A stretch of DNA of 64,000 bases from Spirochaetia bacterium (GTDB lineage: Bacteria; Spirochaetota; Spirochaetia; SZUA-6; Bin103): NCBI GenBank assembly GCA_965208575.1, contig CBDBOV010000002.1, forward strand, positions 576,001-640,000, read 5' to 3'. The notes under the pieces were generated by a model. That model worked only from the letters and a program-made list of their open reading frames with translations, was not told the DNA's origin and ran no database searches. Positions within the stretch are counted from its first letter, which is position 1. The number at the start of each line of letters is the position of its first letter. This document shows, piece after piece, positions 37,912-48,135 of the stretch. The translations under genes and the position numbers were made by a program.

Positions 37912-39638
37912 ATACCGGGGCTTCCGAACTCGCAGCGGACGTGGCCAAGGTGGCGCTGCGGCCCGCGCGTTCGTTGGCCGTGTTACTGGTGGTGCTGAAG
38001 GGCCTGCTGGTGGTCACCGCGTTGATCCCGCCGGCGCTGACCGGGCTGATCGTAGACGAGGTTCTGGTCGGCCGGAACGTGGATCGCCTCTGGCTGCTGC
38101 TCGGCACCTTCGTCGTCGTATACGTGGTCGAGACCGTATTCAAGGCGGGGGAGATCTGGGTGCAGAACCGCGCCGTCCACCGCGTGGTTTTCCGCCACAG
38201 GATGCACGTATTCCGTTCCATCCAGCGGCTCCCATGGCGCGAGCTGATGCATCATGCCCCCGGCGAGCTGCTCAAACGCGTGGAAGACGACACCGAAGAA
38301 CTGGGCGCGCTGCTGCTGCAGCGGATCGAGCGCATTTTCAACTGGTGTCTCATCGTGGTCGGGGGCGTGGTCTGCGTCGCCATGAGTTGGCAGCTTGCGC
38401 TGGCGGCCTCCGCGCTCACCGCCGGCCTCTGGCTGGTCGGACGGTGGATCAAACGGCAAGCCGGCGTTCGCAGCCGTGCGCACCGGGAAGCGATGGGAAG
38501 GTGGTCCGCTTGGTTGCACGAGTCGCTGCTCGGTTGGCGCGAGGTGCGCATGCTGGCGATCGAGAACGCACAGAGCGCGAAGATGGCGGCTTGGCTGCGC
38601 AGAATCAACCGGCTGCGCGGGGCCAGCCACACGTTCACCTACCTGCAACACGCCATCGGGCGCCTGCAGGAGCACTACGTGTCACAGGCAACGCTCTACT
38701 TTCTCGGCGGCGTACTGATCTTCGCCGGGTCACTGACCTTGGGCGGGTTGATTGCCTTCATGCGCTACTTCGTACGCGTCCTCGATGCGGCGGACCGCAT
38801 CAATGCACTGAACGCCGAGTTGGGTGACCTGCAGCCGCGCCTGCAGCGCTCCTTTGAGGTTGCCGAGTGGCAGCTGATTCCACCTCCGGGGGCGCGCATC
38901 GATCCGTCTCGCGTACCCGACATCGAATTGCGTGACGTGGCCCTCGGGTACGACGGTGCCGAGCCTGTTCTGCGGAGCGTCGACTGCTTTATCCCCGCCG
39001 GCAGCCGTGTGGCGATCGTCGGTGCGTCCGGCAGCGGCAAGTCCACCATCGCACGCATCGTTGCCGGGCAGCAGTTGCCCACTTCGGGCGAGTTACGAAT
39101 CGGCGGCCACCGGTTGCGCTCGGCCGACATCATGCGGGCGCTGGGGAACGCAATTCTGATTGGCCAGGACAGTGTCGTCTACAATATGTCGATCAGGGAC
39201 AATCTCCTGCTGGCGCGCCCGGGCAGCACAGACGGCGAGCTGATGGCGGTCTGCGCCGATGCCCGGCTCCGGGAACTCGTCGAGCGCCTGCCCGGAGGTC
39301 TGGACGCCGTCGTCGGCGAGCGCGGGCGCCAGCTCTCGGCCGGTGAACGGCAGCGGCTCATTCTCGCCCGTACCATGTTGCTCGATCGTCCGATTTTGGT
39401 TCTCGATGAAGCGATGTCGCAACTGGACGACGCCACCGCACGGTCCATCAATCAGAAACTGCTCTTCGAGCGCTACCGGGGAACGGTGATCGTCATCGCC
39501 CACCGGGTGAGCACGATCATCGATTTGCCACGGATATTGGTCCTCGACGGCGGCCGGTTCACAGCGGACGGGCGCCACGCCGAGTTGCTGCACACCAGCG
39601 AGGAATACCGCACCCTTTTTTCATCGGAACCCGAGTAA
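37908..39638 (+). CDS. ABC exporter, fused permease/ATPase (likely heterodimer partner)
   Basis: GASGSGKS, LSAGERQRL, LDEAMS, IAHRVS; GTGA overlap. Confidence 0.92.
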   Translation: MNTGASELAADVAKVALRPARSLAVLLVVLKGLLVVTALIPPALTGLIVDEVLVGRNVDRLWLLLGTFVVVYVVETVFKAGEIWVQNRAVHRVVFRHRMHVFRSIQRLPWRELMHHAPGELLKRVEDDTEELGALLLQRIERIFNWCLIVVGGVVCVAMSWQLALAASALTAGLWLVGRWIKRQAGVRSRAHREAMGRWSAWLHESLLGWREVRMLAIENAQSAKMAAWLRRINRLRGASHTFTYLQHAIGRLQEHYVSQATLYFLGGVLIFAGSLTLGGLIAFMRYFVRVLDAADRINALNAELGDLQPRLQRSFEVAEWQLIPPPGARIDPSRVPDIELRDVALGYDGAEPVLRSVDCFIPAGSRVAIVGASGSGKSTIARIVAGQQLPTSGELRIGGHRLRSADIMRALGNAILIGQDSVVYNMSIRDNLLLARPGSTDGELMAVCADARLRELVERLPGGLDAVVGERGRQLSAGERQRLILARTMLLDRPILVLDEAMSQLDDATARSINQKLLFERYRGTVIVIAHRVSTIIDLPRILVLDGGRFTADGRHAELLHTSEEYRTLFSSEPE

Positions 39639-39644
39639 GACACG

Positions 39645-40364
39645 CTACAGTCCTCGCAACCAGCCGCCGTCAACCGGGAGGTTGACCCCCGTGAGGTAGG
39701 AGCCCGCGGGGCTGCAAAGGAAAGAAACCACCTGCGCGACTTCGGCATGGGTGGCGGCGCGCGACAGGGGAATCTCGGCCGAGCGCCAGTTGCTGTTTGG
39801 GTCGAGCACCACCCACGGCAGTACCGAGTTGACGCGGATGCGGTCGGCTGCCAGCCGGCGCGCGAGCAGTTTGGTAAGCGCGCTTAACGCGGCGCGCATG
39901 GAGCCGCCGATAGGGAACATCAGGGTTGGTTCCAGCCCGTCCGCGGCCGAGATGTTGACGATCGCGCCGCCGCCGGCCTCGCGCAGCAGGGGTATCGCCG
40001 CGCGCGAGAGCCTCAAGACGCTCATGAACAACAACTCGAACGAGTCCAGCCACGCAGCGTCCGGCAGCGTCAGCGGATCGCCTTTGGGGGGGTCGCCGGC
40101 GTTGTTCACCAGGACGTCCAGTCGGCCCCAGCGCTCGCCCACCGCATCGATCAGGCGGGCGATGTCCGGCGGCCGCGTCAAGTCGCCTCGCAGCACCAAG
40201 CCGTCGACTTCCTTGGCTACGGCGTGCACCCGTTCGCTGCGGGCCATCAGGGCAACCTCATACCCTTCGGTGGCGAGTTGCTTGGCACAGGCCGCCCCGA
40301 TGCCGCGGCTCGCCGCCGTCACTATCGCAACCCTTTGGTGTCCACATTCATTTTCGTTCGCCAT
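39645..40364 (-). CDS. Short-chain dehydrogenase/reductase
   Basis: IVTAASRGIG, LVNNAG, IVNIS, VDGG. Confidence 0.9.
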   Translation of the reverse strand: MANENECGHQRVAIVTAASRGIGAACAKQLATEGYEVALMARSERVHAVAKEVDGLVLRGDLTRPPDIARLIDAVGERWGRLDVLVNNAGDPPKGDPLTLPDAAWLDSFELLFMSVLRLSRAAIPLLREAGGGAIVNISAADGLEPTLMFPIGGSMRAALSALTKLLARRLAADRIRVNSVLPWVVLDPNSNWRSAEIPLSRAATHAEVAQVVSFLCSPAGSYLTGVNLPVDGGWLRGL

Positions 40365-41064
40365 CACTTCCTCCCAATCCTGGCAGTAGGGCTGGACGAG
40401 CCCGCAAGTTCGATCCTTATGCCGATCAGTTCCTCAGAGACGTGATACTAACTCAATTGAACTCACCAACTGATCCTCAGCATTAATCCGCCGCTGTAGC
40501 CCCAAACCGGCAACGACTCTGACCACAACGCGGCCCGGGAGCGGGAACTCAGAGACCAGCTTACTTGTTGAACGCTCCATCGATCCAGAGGGCGCATGTC
40601 GTCAATGTCGCCAAAATTGCCGTCCAATCGAGAGACTGATATCCTGTATGAGGCAGTGCGTTGTCCCCTTGTCCGCGGCGTGTTGTTCGGAGCTTTCCCG
40701 GTCGCGACGCTTCGGCTACGCGTACACGCGGGGATGGGGATAAAGAGGGGGCCGAGGGGCCGTCGTGGCGTGGCGGATTTACGGGTTGGACCGCAAGTAG
40801 CGGGGTCGCGAGTGGCCTACTAGCTACGGTCGGCAGTAGAAAGCGCCGAGCCCACAGCGGCGTGGCGGGATACCGGCGATTGGAGGACAACGGCAGGACG
40901 CGGCTACTCGTTTAGTCGCCATTGCGGTAGGTCATGTCCTTATAGGAAACTTCACGCTCGCTTACCAGGAGGCGCGTGATCTGTGTTGGTGCACGGTTGA
41001 GGCGCCGCGCAAGCCAATCTACGACCTCCGGTAACTGGGCGATATGTGTAGAAACGTAGAAAAC

Positions 41065-43452
41065 GTGACTAAGCTGTGGTACAAGGCGCCGGCGAGAGAG
41101 TGGCTGGAGGGGTTGCCGATTGGCACGGGTAGGTTGGCGGCGATGGTGCTCGGCGCCTTCCGGCGGGAGCGCGTCGCCCTGAATCACGAGTGCCTGTGGA
41201 AGGGGGTGAATCGCCGCCGGGACAACGAGGTGAGCCGGGGCGCGCTGCCGGAAGTGCGGCGCCTGCTGCTGGCGGGCAACTACGTGGACGGGACGCGCGC
41301 CGCCCGGGACGCGTTCGGCGGCGGTGGCGGCGGCAGCGGGCGCCCGCAGCGGGTGGACCCGTACCAGCCCGCCGGCGACCTGCACCTGGAGCTGCTAACC
41401 CCCGGTCCCATTGCCGATTACCGCAGGGAGCTGGATCTGGATACGGCCAGTGCGACGGTGTCGTATCTGGCCGGGGGCCGCCGGTTCACCCGCCAGTACG
41501 TCGCGCACCTGGTCGAGGACCTGGTCCTGGTGCGGCTGACCCACGACGGCGAGCCGTTCGACTGCGTGGCGTGGCTCGACCGCACCCACGATCACGACTG
41601 CGAACTCACCTTCACCACCGAGGCGCCGGCCATGGATGGCGCCGGCACCGGTGCCGGCGGCGGCGCCGCCGGTGCGGGCGAGGCGGACGCGGCGGCGTGC
41701 CTGACCATGACCGGGGACATTCGCGGCGGCGTGGATTTCCGGGTGCGCGGTGAGGTGTGGTGCCGGGGCGGGCGGCGGCGCGTCGTCGATGGGCGCAAGC
41801 TGCTGTGCGAAGGGGTCACCGAGGCGCTGTTCGCGGTCGACATCGGCGTGTCGGCGTTCGGCAGGTCCGCCGCCGACGAGTGCGGGGCGCGGCGGCTGCG
41901 CCCCGCACTTGCATCGGATGCGGGCGCCTGGGACGACCTGCTGCGGACTCACGTCAGCGAGCACGAGCGCCACTTCGGCAGCATGCGGCTCGACCTGGCG
42001 CTGCCGGACACCGACGTGGCCGGCCTGCCCACCGACGAGCGCATCCGGCGCGTGCGGGAGGGGCAGCCGGACCCCGGCCTGGCGCTGCTGTACTTCCACT
42101 ACGGGCGCTACCTGCTGTGCGCCTCCTCGGCCACCGCCGCGCTGCCGGCCAACCTGCAGGGCAAGTGGAACGAGGACCTGCAGCCGCCCTGGGAGAGCGA
42201 TTACCACCACGACATCAACCTGCAGATGAACTACTGGATCGCCGAGCCGGCCGGCATGCAGCGCTACGTGGAGGCGCTGCTGCAGCACATCGAACGCTTC
42301 GTGCCGCACGCCCGCAAGGCGGCCATGGACCTGTACGGCTGCCGCGGCGTCTGGTACCCGATCCAGACCGACGCCTGGGGCCGCTCGACGCCGGAATCGT
42401 ACGGCTGGGCGGTGTGGATCGGGGCCGCCCCGTGGCTGGCGCAGCACGTGTGGTGGCACTGGGAGTACGGGCACGACGCCTGCTTCCTGCGCACCCGCGC
42501 CTACCCCTTCTTCAAGGAGGTGGCGGCGTTCTACGAGGACTACCTGGTCGAAGATGACGCCGGCGTGTTGCAGATCGTGCCGTCGCAGTCGCCCGAGAAC
42601 CGCTTCGTCGGCGACGGCGGCCCGCCGGTGAGCATCTGCGTGTCGGCGACCATGGACGTGATCCTGGCCCGCGCGGCCTTCGACTACGCGGTCCGCTCGG
42701 CCGAGATCCTGGACGTCGACCCCGAGTTGCGCCGCCGCTGGCGCGGCATGGCGGCGCGCCTGCCGGACCTGCGGATCGGCCGCCACGGCCAGTTGCAGGA
42801 GTGGAACGAGGACTTCGACGAGGTGGAGCCATCGCACCGGCACGTCTCCCACCTGGTCGGGCTGCACCCCGGCGACCTGCTGGACCCGGAGCGCACTCCC
42901 GAGCTGTGGCGGGCGGCCGAGGTGAGCCTGGAGCGGCGGCTGGCCGCCGGCGGCGGCCACACCGGCTGGAGCCGGGCGTGGACCGCCTGCCTGTTCGCCC
43001 GGCTGGGCCGCGGCGAGGACGCCTGGGAACACCTGAACCACCTGATCACCGACTTCGCCACCGACTCGCTGCTGGACCTGCACCCGCCGCGCATCTTCCA
43101 GATCGACGGCAACCTGGGCGGTGCCGCGGCGGTGATCGAAATGCTGCTGCACAGCTACCGCGGCGAGCTCCACCTGCTGCCGGCCCTGCCGGCGGCGTGG
43201 CCGGAGGGCCGCGTGTCCGGCCTGCGGGCGCGCGGCGGCGTTACCGTAGCGATGGCGTGGCGCAACGGCGAGCTGGTCGAGGCGACGCTGGAAGGCTGCG
43301 TCGCCGGCCCCTGCACCATCCTGCACGCCCCCGTACACTGGCAGGTCACCGACACCGCCGGCCGCGCCGTGCCCATCATCCGCACCGGCCACCGCATCAC
43401 CTTCCCCCTCTCCCCAGGCAAACCCTGCCGCCTGCGAACAGTCGACGGCTGA
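41065..43452 (+). CDS. GH95 alpha-L-fucosidase-like glycoside hydrolase, copy 2
   Basis: Near-identical to 28986-31370 at offset 12082. Confidence 0.93.
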   Translation: MTKLWYKAPAREWLEGLPIGTGRLAAMVLGAFRRERVALNHECLWKGVNRRRDNEVSRGALPEVRRLLLAGNYVDGTRAARDAFGGGGGGSGRPQRVDPYQPAGDLHLELLTPGPIADYRRELDLDTASATVSYLAGGRRFTRQYVAHLVEDLVLVRLTHDGEPFDCVAWLDRTHDHDCELTFTTEAPAMDGAGTGAGGGAAGAGEADAAACLTMTGDIRGGVDFRVRGEVWCRGGRRRVVDGRKLLCEGVTEALFAVDIGVSAFGRSAADECGARRLRPALASDAGAWDDLLRTHVSEHERHFGSMRLDLALPDTDVAGLPTDERIRRVREGQPDPGLALLYFHYGRYLLCASSATAALPANLQGKWNEDLQPPWESDYHHDINLQMNYWIAEPAGMQRYVEALLQHIERFVPHARKAAMDLYGCRGVWYPIQTDAWGRSTPESYGWAVWIGAAPWLAQHVWWHWEYGHDACFLRTRAYPFFKEVAAFYEDYLVEDDAGVLQIVPSQSPENRFVGDGGPPVSICVSATMDVILARAAFDYAVRSAEILDVDPELRRRWRGMAARLPDLRIGRHGQLQEWNEDFDEVEPSHRHVSHLVGLHPGDLLDPERTPELWRAAEVSLERRLAAGGGHTGWSRAWTACLFARLGRGEDAWEHLNHLITDFATDSLLDLHPPRIFQIDGNLGGAAAVIEMLLHSYRGELHLLPALPAAWPEGRVSGLRARGGVTVAMAWRNGELVEATLEGCVAGPCTILHAPVHWQVTDTAGRAVPIIRTGHRITFPLSPGKPCRLRTVDG

Positions 43453-43499
43453 GCGCTTTACCGATTTTCATCCATTCCGGTTTTCTGTAACATGGAGTT

Positions 43500-43742
43500 G
43501 TGAGAACGGTCATCAACGTGACGAAGCGGGGAGTCATGACGCTCCCGGTGAGGTTACGGAAACAACTCGGCCTGACCGGCGACAACCTGGTGATCGCTGA
43601 ATCGACCCAGGACGGCGTGTTGCTGCGCCCGGCCGTTGCGCTGCCAATCGAGATCTACTCGGACGAGCGTGTGCGCGAGTTCAACGAGTCGGAGGCGGAG
43701 CTCGCGGCTGAACTTGATACCGGGATCAAGCGGCGCGAGTGA
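43500..43742 (+). CDS. AbrB/MazE-family antitoxin
   Basis: VTKRGVMTLPVRLRKQLGL; TAACAT 6 nt before GTG. Confidence 0.88.
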   Translation: MRTVINVTKRGVMTLPVRLRKQLGLTGDNLVIAESTQDGVLLRPAVALPIEIYSDERVREFNESEAELAAELDTGIKRRE

Positions 43743-44150
43743 GTGCGGATATTCCTGGATGCGAATGTGCTGTTCTCCGCGGCCCAGACAGACGGTGCCG
43801 TGCGAAAGCTGATAGATCGGCTACGCGCAGCGGACCATCAGTTGACCGCCGATTCGTACGTATGGGAGGAAGCGAGAAGGAACCTTGTCGCACGATACCC
43901 GTCAGCACTTCCCGCGTTCGATGCGCTGGCCGGACGAATCAACATCCTCCCGCACCGTGGCGGGGCCCAGGAGTTGAAGAGTCTGCCGGTCGGTGACAAG
44001 GACAAGCCGGTCCTGGCGGCGGCGATATCCCTCAACTGCCGGGTACTGATTACCGGCGACCGCACCCACTTCGGTCACCTGTTCGGGACAGCAGTGCGCG
44101 GCGTCACGATCCACAGCCCGGCGCTCGCTGCGCGCTCTCTGCTGAGTTGA
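43743..44150 (+). CDS. PIN-domain (VapC-like) toxin
   Basis: IFLDANVLFSA, DKDKPVLAAA, LITGDRTHF. Confidence 0.88.
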   Translation: MRIFLDANVLFSAAQTDGAVRKLIDRLRAADHQLTADSYVWEEARRNLVARYPSALPAFDALAGRINILPHRGGAQELKSLPVGDKDKPVLAAAISLNCRVLITGDRTHFGHLFGTAVRGVTIHSPALAARSLLS

Positions 44151-44223
44151 TTGGCGCCGCACTCGTGCGAGCGTGCGAGCGATGCTCGTTGACACAGTGC
44201 TGCCGGGGAACGACTCTGGTGCG

Positions 44224-46326
44224 ATGACGCCGATACGGAAACGGATCACACCCGCGGCGGGCGGCCTTGTGCACACGTGCGGTCCCTGGCGGGCGAGCGC
44301 ATTCGCCGAGCCGCAGGTGGAGCTTCTTTCGATCGTGCCGTGGGGACGGGATGGGTTGCGGGTCCGGGTGACGGTGGGGCCGCGCATCCTCGACACCGCC
44401 TGGGCGCTGACCGAGCCGGTGGGCGACGGCAGCGCGGCCGAGGTAACGGTCGGCGACAGCGCGGCGACGGTGCGCAATGGCAGGATCTCGGCGCGGCTGA
44501 CCGGCGTGACACGCGGGCGGGCGACGGCCCGGCTGGAGTTCTTTCGCCATCCGGGCGGGGAGGGCGGCGGTGGCGAGGCCGAGGCGGTGCCGATTCTGGC
44601 GGAGCACGACTACGTGGTGGGCTGCCACGATCCCGGCACCCGCATCTTCCAGCCGCGCACGGGGTCCGGCGAGGAGGGGCTGTACTACACGGAGCATCAC
44701 TTCGCCGCGCGGGCGGGGGAACGGTTCTACGGCATGGGGCTCAACGCCACCGGCGGGCTCGACCTGAAGGGGTGCGTGATCGACCTGTATCAGCGCCACT
44801 GCAAGCACGTGGTGCCGTTCGTGGTGTCCAGCGAGGGCTACGGGCTGCTGTGGAACAACCCGTCGCTCGGGCGGGTGGAGTTCGGCGCCAACATGACCCG
44901 CTGGGTGTCGCGCGGCTGCCGTCAGCTCGACTACTACCTCACCGCCGGCGACAGCTACGGCGACATCATGGCCAACTACGCCGGCGTCACCGGGCGCGCG
45001 CCGATGCTGCCCGAATGGGCGGCCGGTTTCTGGATGTGCAAGCTGCGCTACCGGACCCAGGACGAGTTCCTGGCCGCGGCGCGCGAGTTCAGGCGCCGCG
45101 GCCTGCCGCTGTCGGTGCTGGTGATCGACTACCGCCACTGGCGCCACTGGGGCGACTGGAAGCTCGACCCGGAGTTCTGGCCCGACCCGGCGGCCATGGT
45201 GCGCGAGATCGACGACATGGGCGCCCGCATCATGATCTCGCCCTGGGTGATGATGGAGGAGAGCAGCGACAACTTCCCCGAGTTCCACCGCCAGGGGCTC
45301 TACGTGAAGGGGCCCGGCGGCGAGGAAGCGTGGTGGCCGGCCGAACCGCCGCCGGCGAAGCCGCGCCATCCCGCCGACCGGCCGCGCGGGCGCGCGCTGC
45401 AGTACGATCCCACCCACCCCGACGCCGGCCCGTTCCTGTGGCAGCGCTGGAAGCGCAACTACGTGGACCTGGGCATCAGGACGTTCTGGCTCGACCCGTG
45501 CGACGACCTCAGCCAGATCGCCGACTACGACAGGGTGCGCTACCACGCCGGCCCCGGCGTCGAGGCCAACTGCTTCTACCCGGTGGCGCACCAGAAGGTG
45601 GTGTTCGACGGCCTGCGCGCGGCCGGCGAAGCGGAGGTGGTGACCATCTGCCGCAGTTCCTGGGCCGGCTCGCAGCGCTACGGCGCCTCGCCGGCGGCGC
45701 ACGACATCGCCTCCTCGTTCGCCCACCTGCGCGAGTACCTGGCGGCGGGCCTGAACCTGGCGATGGCCGGGATTCCCTGGGGCGCCGCCGAGATCGGCGG
45801 CTTCGTGACGCCGGCGGTGCAGGACGACGAGTTCCGCGAGCTGGTGGTGCGCTGGTACCAGTACGGGGTGTTCACGCCGATCTTCCGCACCCACGGCCAC
45901 CGCGACAACAACGAGCCGTGGACCTTCGGCGGCGACACCTACCCGCACATCCGCGCCGCCATCATGCTGCGCGAGCGGCTGCGCCCCTACGTGCTCGCCC
46001 AGATGAAGGCGGCGTCAGAGCGCGGCATCCCACCGATGCGCCCGCTGTTCTTCGACTTCCCGGACGACGAGCGCGCCGCGGCCGTGGAAGACCAGTTCCT
46101 GTTCGGGCCCGACCTGCTGGTGGCGCCGATCACCGAGCACCGGGCCCGGGAGCGCCGCGTCTACCTCCCGGCGGGCACCGAGTGGACCGACGCCTGGAAC
46201 GGCGACCGCGTACATGCCGGCGGCGCGGCCATCGACGCCCCCGCCCCGATCGAGCGCATCCCGGTCTTCATCCGCGGCCGCAACAGCGCCCTGGCCGCGC
46301 TCTTCCCGGGCTTGTACGAGAAATAG
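44224..46326 (+). CDS. GH31 glycoside hydrolase (alpha-xylosidase/glucosidase-like)
   Basis: GFWMCKLRY, VIDYRHW, FWLD, RSSWAGSQRY, EIGGF, RWYQYG..PIFRTHG, PMRPLF; start uncertain (44173-44224). Confidence 0.9.
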   Translation: MTPIRKRITPAAGGLVHTCGPWRASAFAEPQVELLSIVPWGRDGLRVRVTVGPRILDTAWALTEPVGDGSAAEVTVGDSAATVRNGRISARLTGVTRGRATARLEFFRHPGGEGGGGEAEAVPILAEHDYVVGCHDPGTRIFQPRTGSGEEGLYYTEHHFAARAGERFYGMGLNATGGLDLKGCVIDLYQRHCKHVVPFVVSSEGYGLLWNNPSLGRVEFGANMTRWVSRGCRQLDYYLTAGDSYGDIMANYAGVTGRAPMLPEWAAGFWMCKLRYRTQDEFLAAAREFRRRGLPLSVLVIDYRHWRHWGDWKLDPEFWPDPAAMVREIDDMGARIMISPWVMMEESSDNFPEFHRQGLYVKGPGGEEAWWPAEPPPAKPRHPADRPRGRALQYDPTHPDAGPFLWQRWKRNYVDLGIRTFWLDPCDDLSQIADYDRVRYHAGPGVEANCFYPVAHQKVVFDGLRAAGEAEVVTICRSSWAGSQRYGASPAAHDIASSFAHLREYLAAGLNLAMAGIPWGAAEIGGFVTPAVQDDEFRELVVRWYQYGVFTPIFRTHGHRDNNEPWTFGGDTYPHIRAAIMLRERLRPYVLAQMKAASERGIPPMRPLFFDFPDDERAAAVEDQFLFGPDLLVAPITEHRARERRVYLPAGTEWTDAWNGDRVHAGGAAIDAPAPIERIPVFIRGRNSALAALFPGLYEK

Positions 46327-46349
46327 CTGCCGGGAGAAAGACTGGCGGA

Positions 46350-46368
46350 TTGCAACTTGAAGTTGCAA
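46350..46368. promoter_or_regulatory. Perfect palindrome, probable operator
   Basis: TTGCAACTT-G-AAGTTGCAA. Confidence 0.45.
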
Positions 46369-46399
46369 CTTGCCACTCAGGATGTCCGATGCTATGCTA

Positions 46400-46900
46400 C
46401 ACACCACCGCAAGCGCCTGGATCTCCGTGCTGCAGGCGCTGTTCGTGGTGCACCTGCTGCCGCCGCATCACCGCAACTTTGCCAAGCGGGTGATCAAGAG
46501 CCCCAAGCTCTACTTTCTGGATACCGGCCTCCTGTGCAACCTGCTGCGCATACGCGAGCCTTCCCAGATCGCGTCGCATGCCAATCGCGGCGCGATATTC
46601 GAGACGTTCGTGGTGGCCGAGTACTTCAAGGAGTTCACCCACCGCGGCATCCGCTCGCCGTTATACTTCTGGCGCGACCGCACCGGTCACGAGGTGGATT
46701 TGCTGATCGACGACGGTACGCGCCTGCTGCCGGTGGAGATGAAGGCAGGCCTCACGCTCTGTGGCGGGTTGTAAGACGGCCTGGACTGGTTCTGTGCCCG
46801 CGGAGTTCCCGCGTCGCGCCACGGCGTGCTGGTGTACGGCGGCGACGAGTGGGGCCTGCGCCGCGGTCACCTCACGCGGCCGTGGCACGCATGTATCTGA
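46400..46900 (+). pseudogene. AAA_14/DUF4143 ATPase C-terminal remnant
   Basis: KRVIKSPKLYFLDTGL, GAIFETFV, YFWRD..GHEVD, VEMK; internal TAA at 46772-46774; N-terminus absent. Confidence 0.8.
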
Positions 46901-46907
46901 GCCGGAT

Positions 46908-47243
46908 TCAGACGTAGCCGCCACGTCTCTCCTCGGCGTCTCGCAGACCTCGCGCGATGCTCGTGTTCACCGGCTGGTTGGCGCGGATCTCCTGCATCTC
47001 GGATTCGTCGACATGCTTTGTTTGCTGGTTCATCCGTTCCCGGAGTGCGGCGTTGATCAGCGACTGGTAGCCGACCTTCCGGCTTCCCGCGAGCTTGCGA
47101 AAATACAGCACTACGTCATCGTCCAGGCGGATTGTGATCGACTTCTTCTTCGGCGTATAGAAGCGTCCGCGCACCGCCTCCTTCCCGGAGAAGTCGTACT
47201 CGTCCGGGAGTTCGTAGTCGTCCCAATCAGATCGATTCTTCAT
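46908..47243 (-). CDS. BrnA-family antitoxin
   Basis: EYDFSG...KKSITIRLDDDVVLYFR...GYQSLINAAL. Confidence 0.85.
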   Translation of the reverse strand: MKNRSDWDDYELPDEYDFSGKEAVRGRFYTPKKKSITIRLDDDVVLYFRKLAGSRKVGYQSLINAALRERMNQQTKHVDESEMQEIRANQPVNTSIARGLRDAEERRGGYV

Positions 47244-47325
47244 ATCGTCGCTTCTCCTTCGGGGTAGCCAGTCGGACACTGATCAATCGTACGACTGCTT
47301 CGCCGTTCTCGTCGAAGAATACCCG
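47240..47325 (-). pseudogene. BrnT toxin C-terminal remnant
   Basis: EAVVRLISVRLATPKEKRRYEE upstream of BrnA; 5' part missing. Confidence 0.7.
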
Positions 47326-48135
47326 CTACCAGCCGAACGTGGGCAGCTTGGGGACGGCGGCGTAGAGGCTGCGAGTGTAGTCGTGGCGCGGGTTGGTGGC
47401 CAGCTCGCGGGCGGCGGCCTCTTCCACCAGCCGCCCGCCCTGCATCACGCCGACGCGGTCGCAGAAGTAGGTGACCACGGCCAGGTCGTGGGAGATGAAC
47501 AGCAGGGTCAGGCCCAGTTCGCGGCGCAGGCGCTGCAGCAGGTCGAGGATCTGGCTGCGGATCGACACGTCCAGGGCGGACACGATCTCGTCGCAGATGA
47601 TGGTCTCCGGCTGCGCGACCAGGGCGCGGGCGATGGCGACGCGCTGGCGCTGGCCGCCGGAGAAGTCGGGCGGGCGGCGGCTCAGGTGGCGCGCGGCCAG
47701 TCCTACCGCCTCCAGGGCGGCCAGGGCGCGGGCGCGCCCGTCGTCGGCGCCGCGCCAGCTCGCGGTGTAGCGCAGGCCGGCGAGCAGGATCGACTCCACC
47801 CGCATGCGCGGGTTGAGCGAGCGCGCCGGGTCCTGGAACACGTACGCCAGCCGGGTGCGCAGGTCGCGGCGCGCGCGGGCGTTCGAGCGGCCCACCTCAT
47901 GCACGTCGCCGGCGCGGTCGCGGTAGGTGATCGTGCCGCCGTCGGGCCGGTACATGCCCACCGCCAGGCGCGCGGTGGTGGTCTTGCCGCTGCCCGACTC
48001 GCCGACCAGGCCGTAGGTCTCGCCCGCCTCGACGCGCAGGCTCACCTCGCGCACCGCGTACACGTGGCGGCGGGCGGCGGCGAAGTAGCCCGCCTTCAGC
48101 GCGAACCGCTTGCTGACCGCGTCCAGGGTCAGCAT
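47326..48135 (-). CDS. Peptide ABC transporter ATP-binding subunit
   Basis: [25 protein letters not shown]; start reassigned to MLTLDAVS. Confidence 0.9.
   Translation of the reverse strand: MLTLDAVSKRFALKAGYFAAARRHVYAVREVSLRVEAGETYGLVGESGSGKTTTARLAVGMYRPDGGTITYRDRAGDVHEVGRSNARARRDLRTRLAYVFQDPARSLNPRMRVESILLAGLRYTASWRGADDGRARALAALEAVGLAARHLSRRPPDFSGGQRQRVAIARALVAQPETIICDEIVSALDVSIRSQILDLLQRLRRELGLTLLFISHDLAVVTYFCDRVGVMQGGRLVEEAAARELATNPRHDYTRSLYAAVPKLPTFGW

Noticed and set aside
40370-41040. Possible RiPP precursor peptide near the ABC exporters
   Set aside because: Only truncated C-terminal remnants and ORFs without RBS or leader-like features were seen
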